Positions 62,337-64,000 of a stretch of 64,000 bases of DNA are shown here, in pieces. The stretch spans positions 106,578,001 through 106,642,000 of the forward strand of contig NC_043003.1 of the NCBI RefSeq assembly GCF_006345805.1. Reading direction: 5' to 3'. Both the position numbers and the translations under genes were made by a program. The stretch comes from Octopus sinensis. Taxonomy: Eukaryota. The notes under the pieces are model-generated. The model was not told the DNA's origin and did no database searches. It worked only from the letters and a program-made list of their open reading frames with translations. Position 1 is the stretch's first letter; each line of letters starts with the position of its first letter.

Positions 62337-62729
62337 TCTCTCTATATATAAAGTTGAAGTTGTCTGTGTATGGCAGGTTTGGTAGCCTTCAACTAACACT
62401 ATCTCCTCCGAGACCCTGCGGCACAAGTTGACCAAAATTGAGAGTGTGATAGAAAAAGGCTTGCTCTTCCTTCCGTAGAAGAAAAAATCCAAATCGGACC
62501 ATGTTAACACCAAAAATTATTTACATCAAAAAGGTGCTTTTTTTTCTATGAAAATCCCTATTATTTACGATTTTTTTACTGCTGTGTCGCCATTTTTCGG
62601 TGTATTTCAACCAGAAAAATGTTCACTTAAAGAGAATAACAAGCTACATAATGCAAAATTTTTACTTTTCAAAAATTCCAATTCTAAAGAGTCGAAACAA
62701 ACCTGAGCAACGCCTGGTGATACTGCTAG
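62337..62729 (+). mobile_element. Non-autonomous Helitron (divergent body)
   Basis: a|TCtctctatatataaag ... cctgagcaacgcctggtgatactgCTAG|t. Confidence 0.78.
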
Positions 62730-63072
62730 TTATTTATAATACCAGTTCAAAAATTAACAGGATTTAAACTTGATTTATTACTCCTCTCCTCACAAAATAA
62801 AAATCCCTTTTTATCAAACCATTATGACTGCTGTTAAGCAATGGTGAGGCTTGTCCACCATTTCACTATTGCAGTGGAGAAATGTGGTTGCCAAGGTTCT
62901 GACAGACCAGGTCACATGATGATGATAGAGTTTTCACTAGGATTCTTATTTAATTTATAAGACTACCTGTATTAATCAACATGCATACAGGTAGGGGGGA
63001 AAGTAAAATACTTTTAATATTTCATCTAACATTAAAGTAAGGCAAAAACAAGGAAAGTTTGAAAAAATGCAA

Positions 63073-63092
63073 TATGTATGTATGCATGTATA

Positions 63093-63124
<32 letters not shown>

Positions 63125-63268
63125 CGTGTGTATGTATGTACGTGTGTATGTATGTACATGTATATGTATGTACGTGTGTATGTATGTATGTGTGTGTATG
63201 TATGTATGTATGTATGTGTGTATGCATGTGTGTATGTACGTGTGTATGTATGTATGTATGTACGTATG
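63073..63268. repeat. (TGTA)n/(TG)n microsatellite
   Basis: Direct read. Confidence 0.95.
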
Positions 63269-64000
63269 GAGCTTCAGATATTGTTGGTCTTGTTGTAGCT
63301 GTAAGGTTTCTTTGATTCGTCCAGAAACATTTATCTTTCTGGATTGGCAAACATATTGTTTAAAATTCAGTTTCAATCAACATTCATCAATCAATCTAGC
63401 ATGAAAGAAACTACAACCACATTTACAACCACATTCAGTTTCCTGTTCTTCTAAGAAGTGTTCTAAGAAAATGTTATTAGTAAATAGATTATACAATAAA
63501 CTAAAGTCGAAGAAGAAAAAGAAAATGTAAAGTGGAGGGAGTTGGGAGGGGTTACGAAAAGGAAAAATAAATATAATAATAATAAAAAAACAAAAGAAAA
63601 TTTCACATGTTTGTTGTAGTCATCAATAATATATTTGAAACATACCCAAGCCTATCCAGAACCTTCGAGTTAGAGAGGGGGGGAAACCTCGTAAGACTTG
63701 TTCAAACTGGAAGAAAAGCAACAGAAATTCACAGTTAAATCAACTGTAGAGGAGGAACAGTTGTGAAAAATCTAAATCTAACATCAAAAGAATCTAAAAC
63801 TAACATGAAAAGATGTAAAAAAAGAACAAAAAAAAAACTCAAGTTTAATAAAGGTCTATTTTGGTCAGGCACAATACCAAATTTAGAAAAACGGTAGAGA
63901 GAAATTTAGTCAATTGTAGTACCTCAAATTGTTAGTATTGTTGTTATCAAAACAGTCCAAAACAATCACTATTTGCAATCAGGTGCATTAAAGGTTGCAT

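Overview
This AT-rich, microsatellite-dense animal DNA is almost entirely non-coding. The repeat families suggest an octopus (coleoid cephalopod) genome, which is an inference. No intact protein-coding gene is supported, and nearly all ORF-track entries are artefacts of simple repeats or SINEs. The window holds about 45 copies of three tRNA-headed SINE groups, labelled A, B and C here. It also holds many 5'-truncated RTE LINE 3' ends, an R4/Dong-type restriction-like endonuclease (RLE) retrotransposon tail sitting in (AAT)n, CR1 and other RT remnants, a decayed Charlie/Buster hAT transposase, hAT-, piggyBac- and Merlin-like MITEs, and three non-autonomous Helitrons. The most notable signal is two families of short hammerhead-ribozyme elements that show the inverted-tail architecture of Penelope-like elements (PLEs). 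One copy (60043-60327) fuses a tRNA-derived Pol III head to a minimal hammerhead and a PLE-type tail, making it a candidate PLE-mobilised ribozyme SINE. The other family carries a compensatory U3-A8 hammerhead core. Repeat boundaries were read by eye and are approximate unless a target-site duplication (TSD) is quoted.
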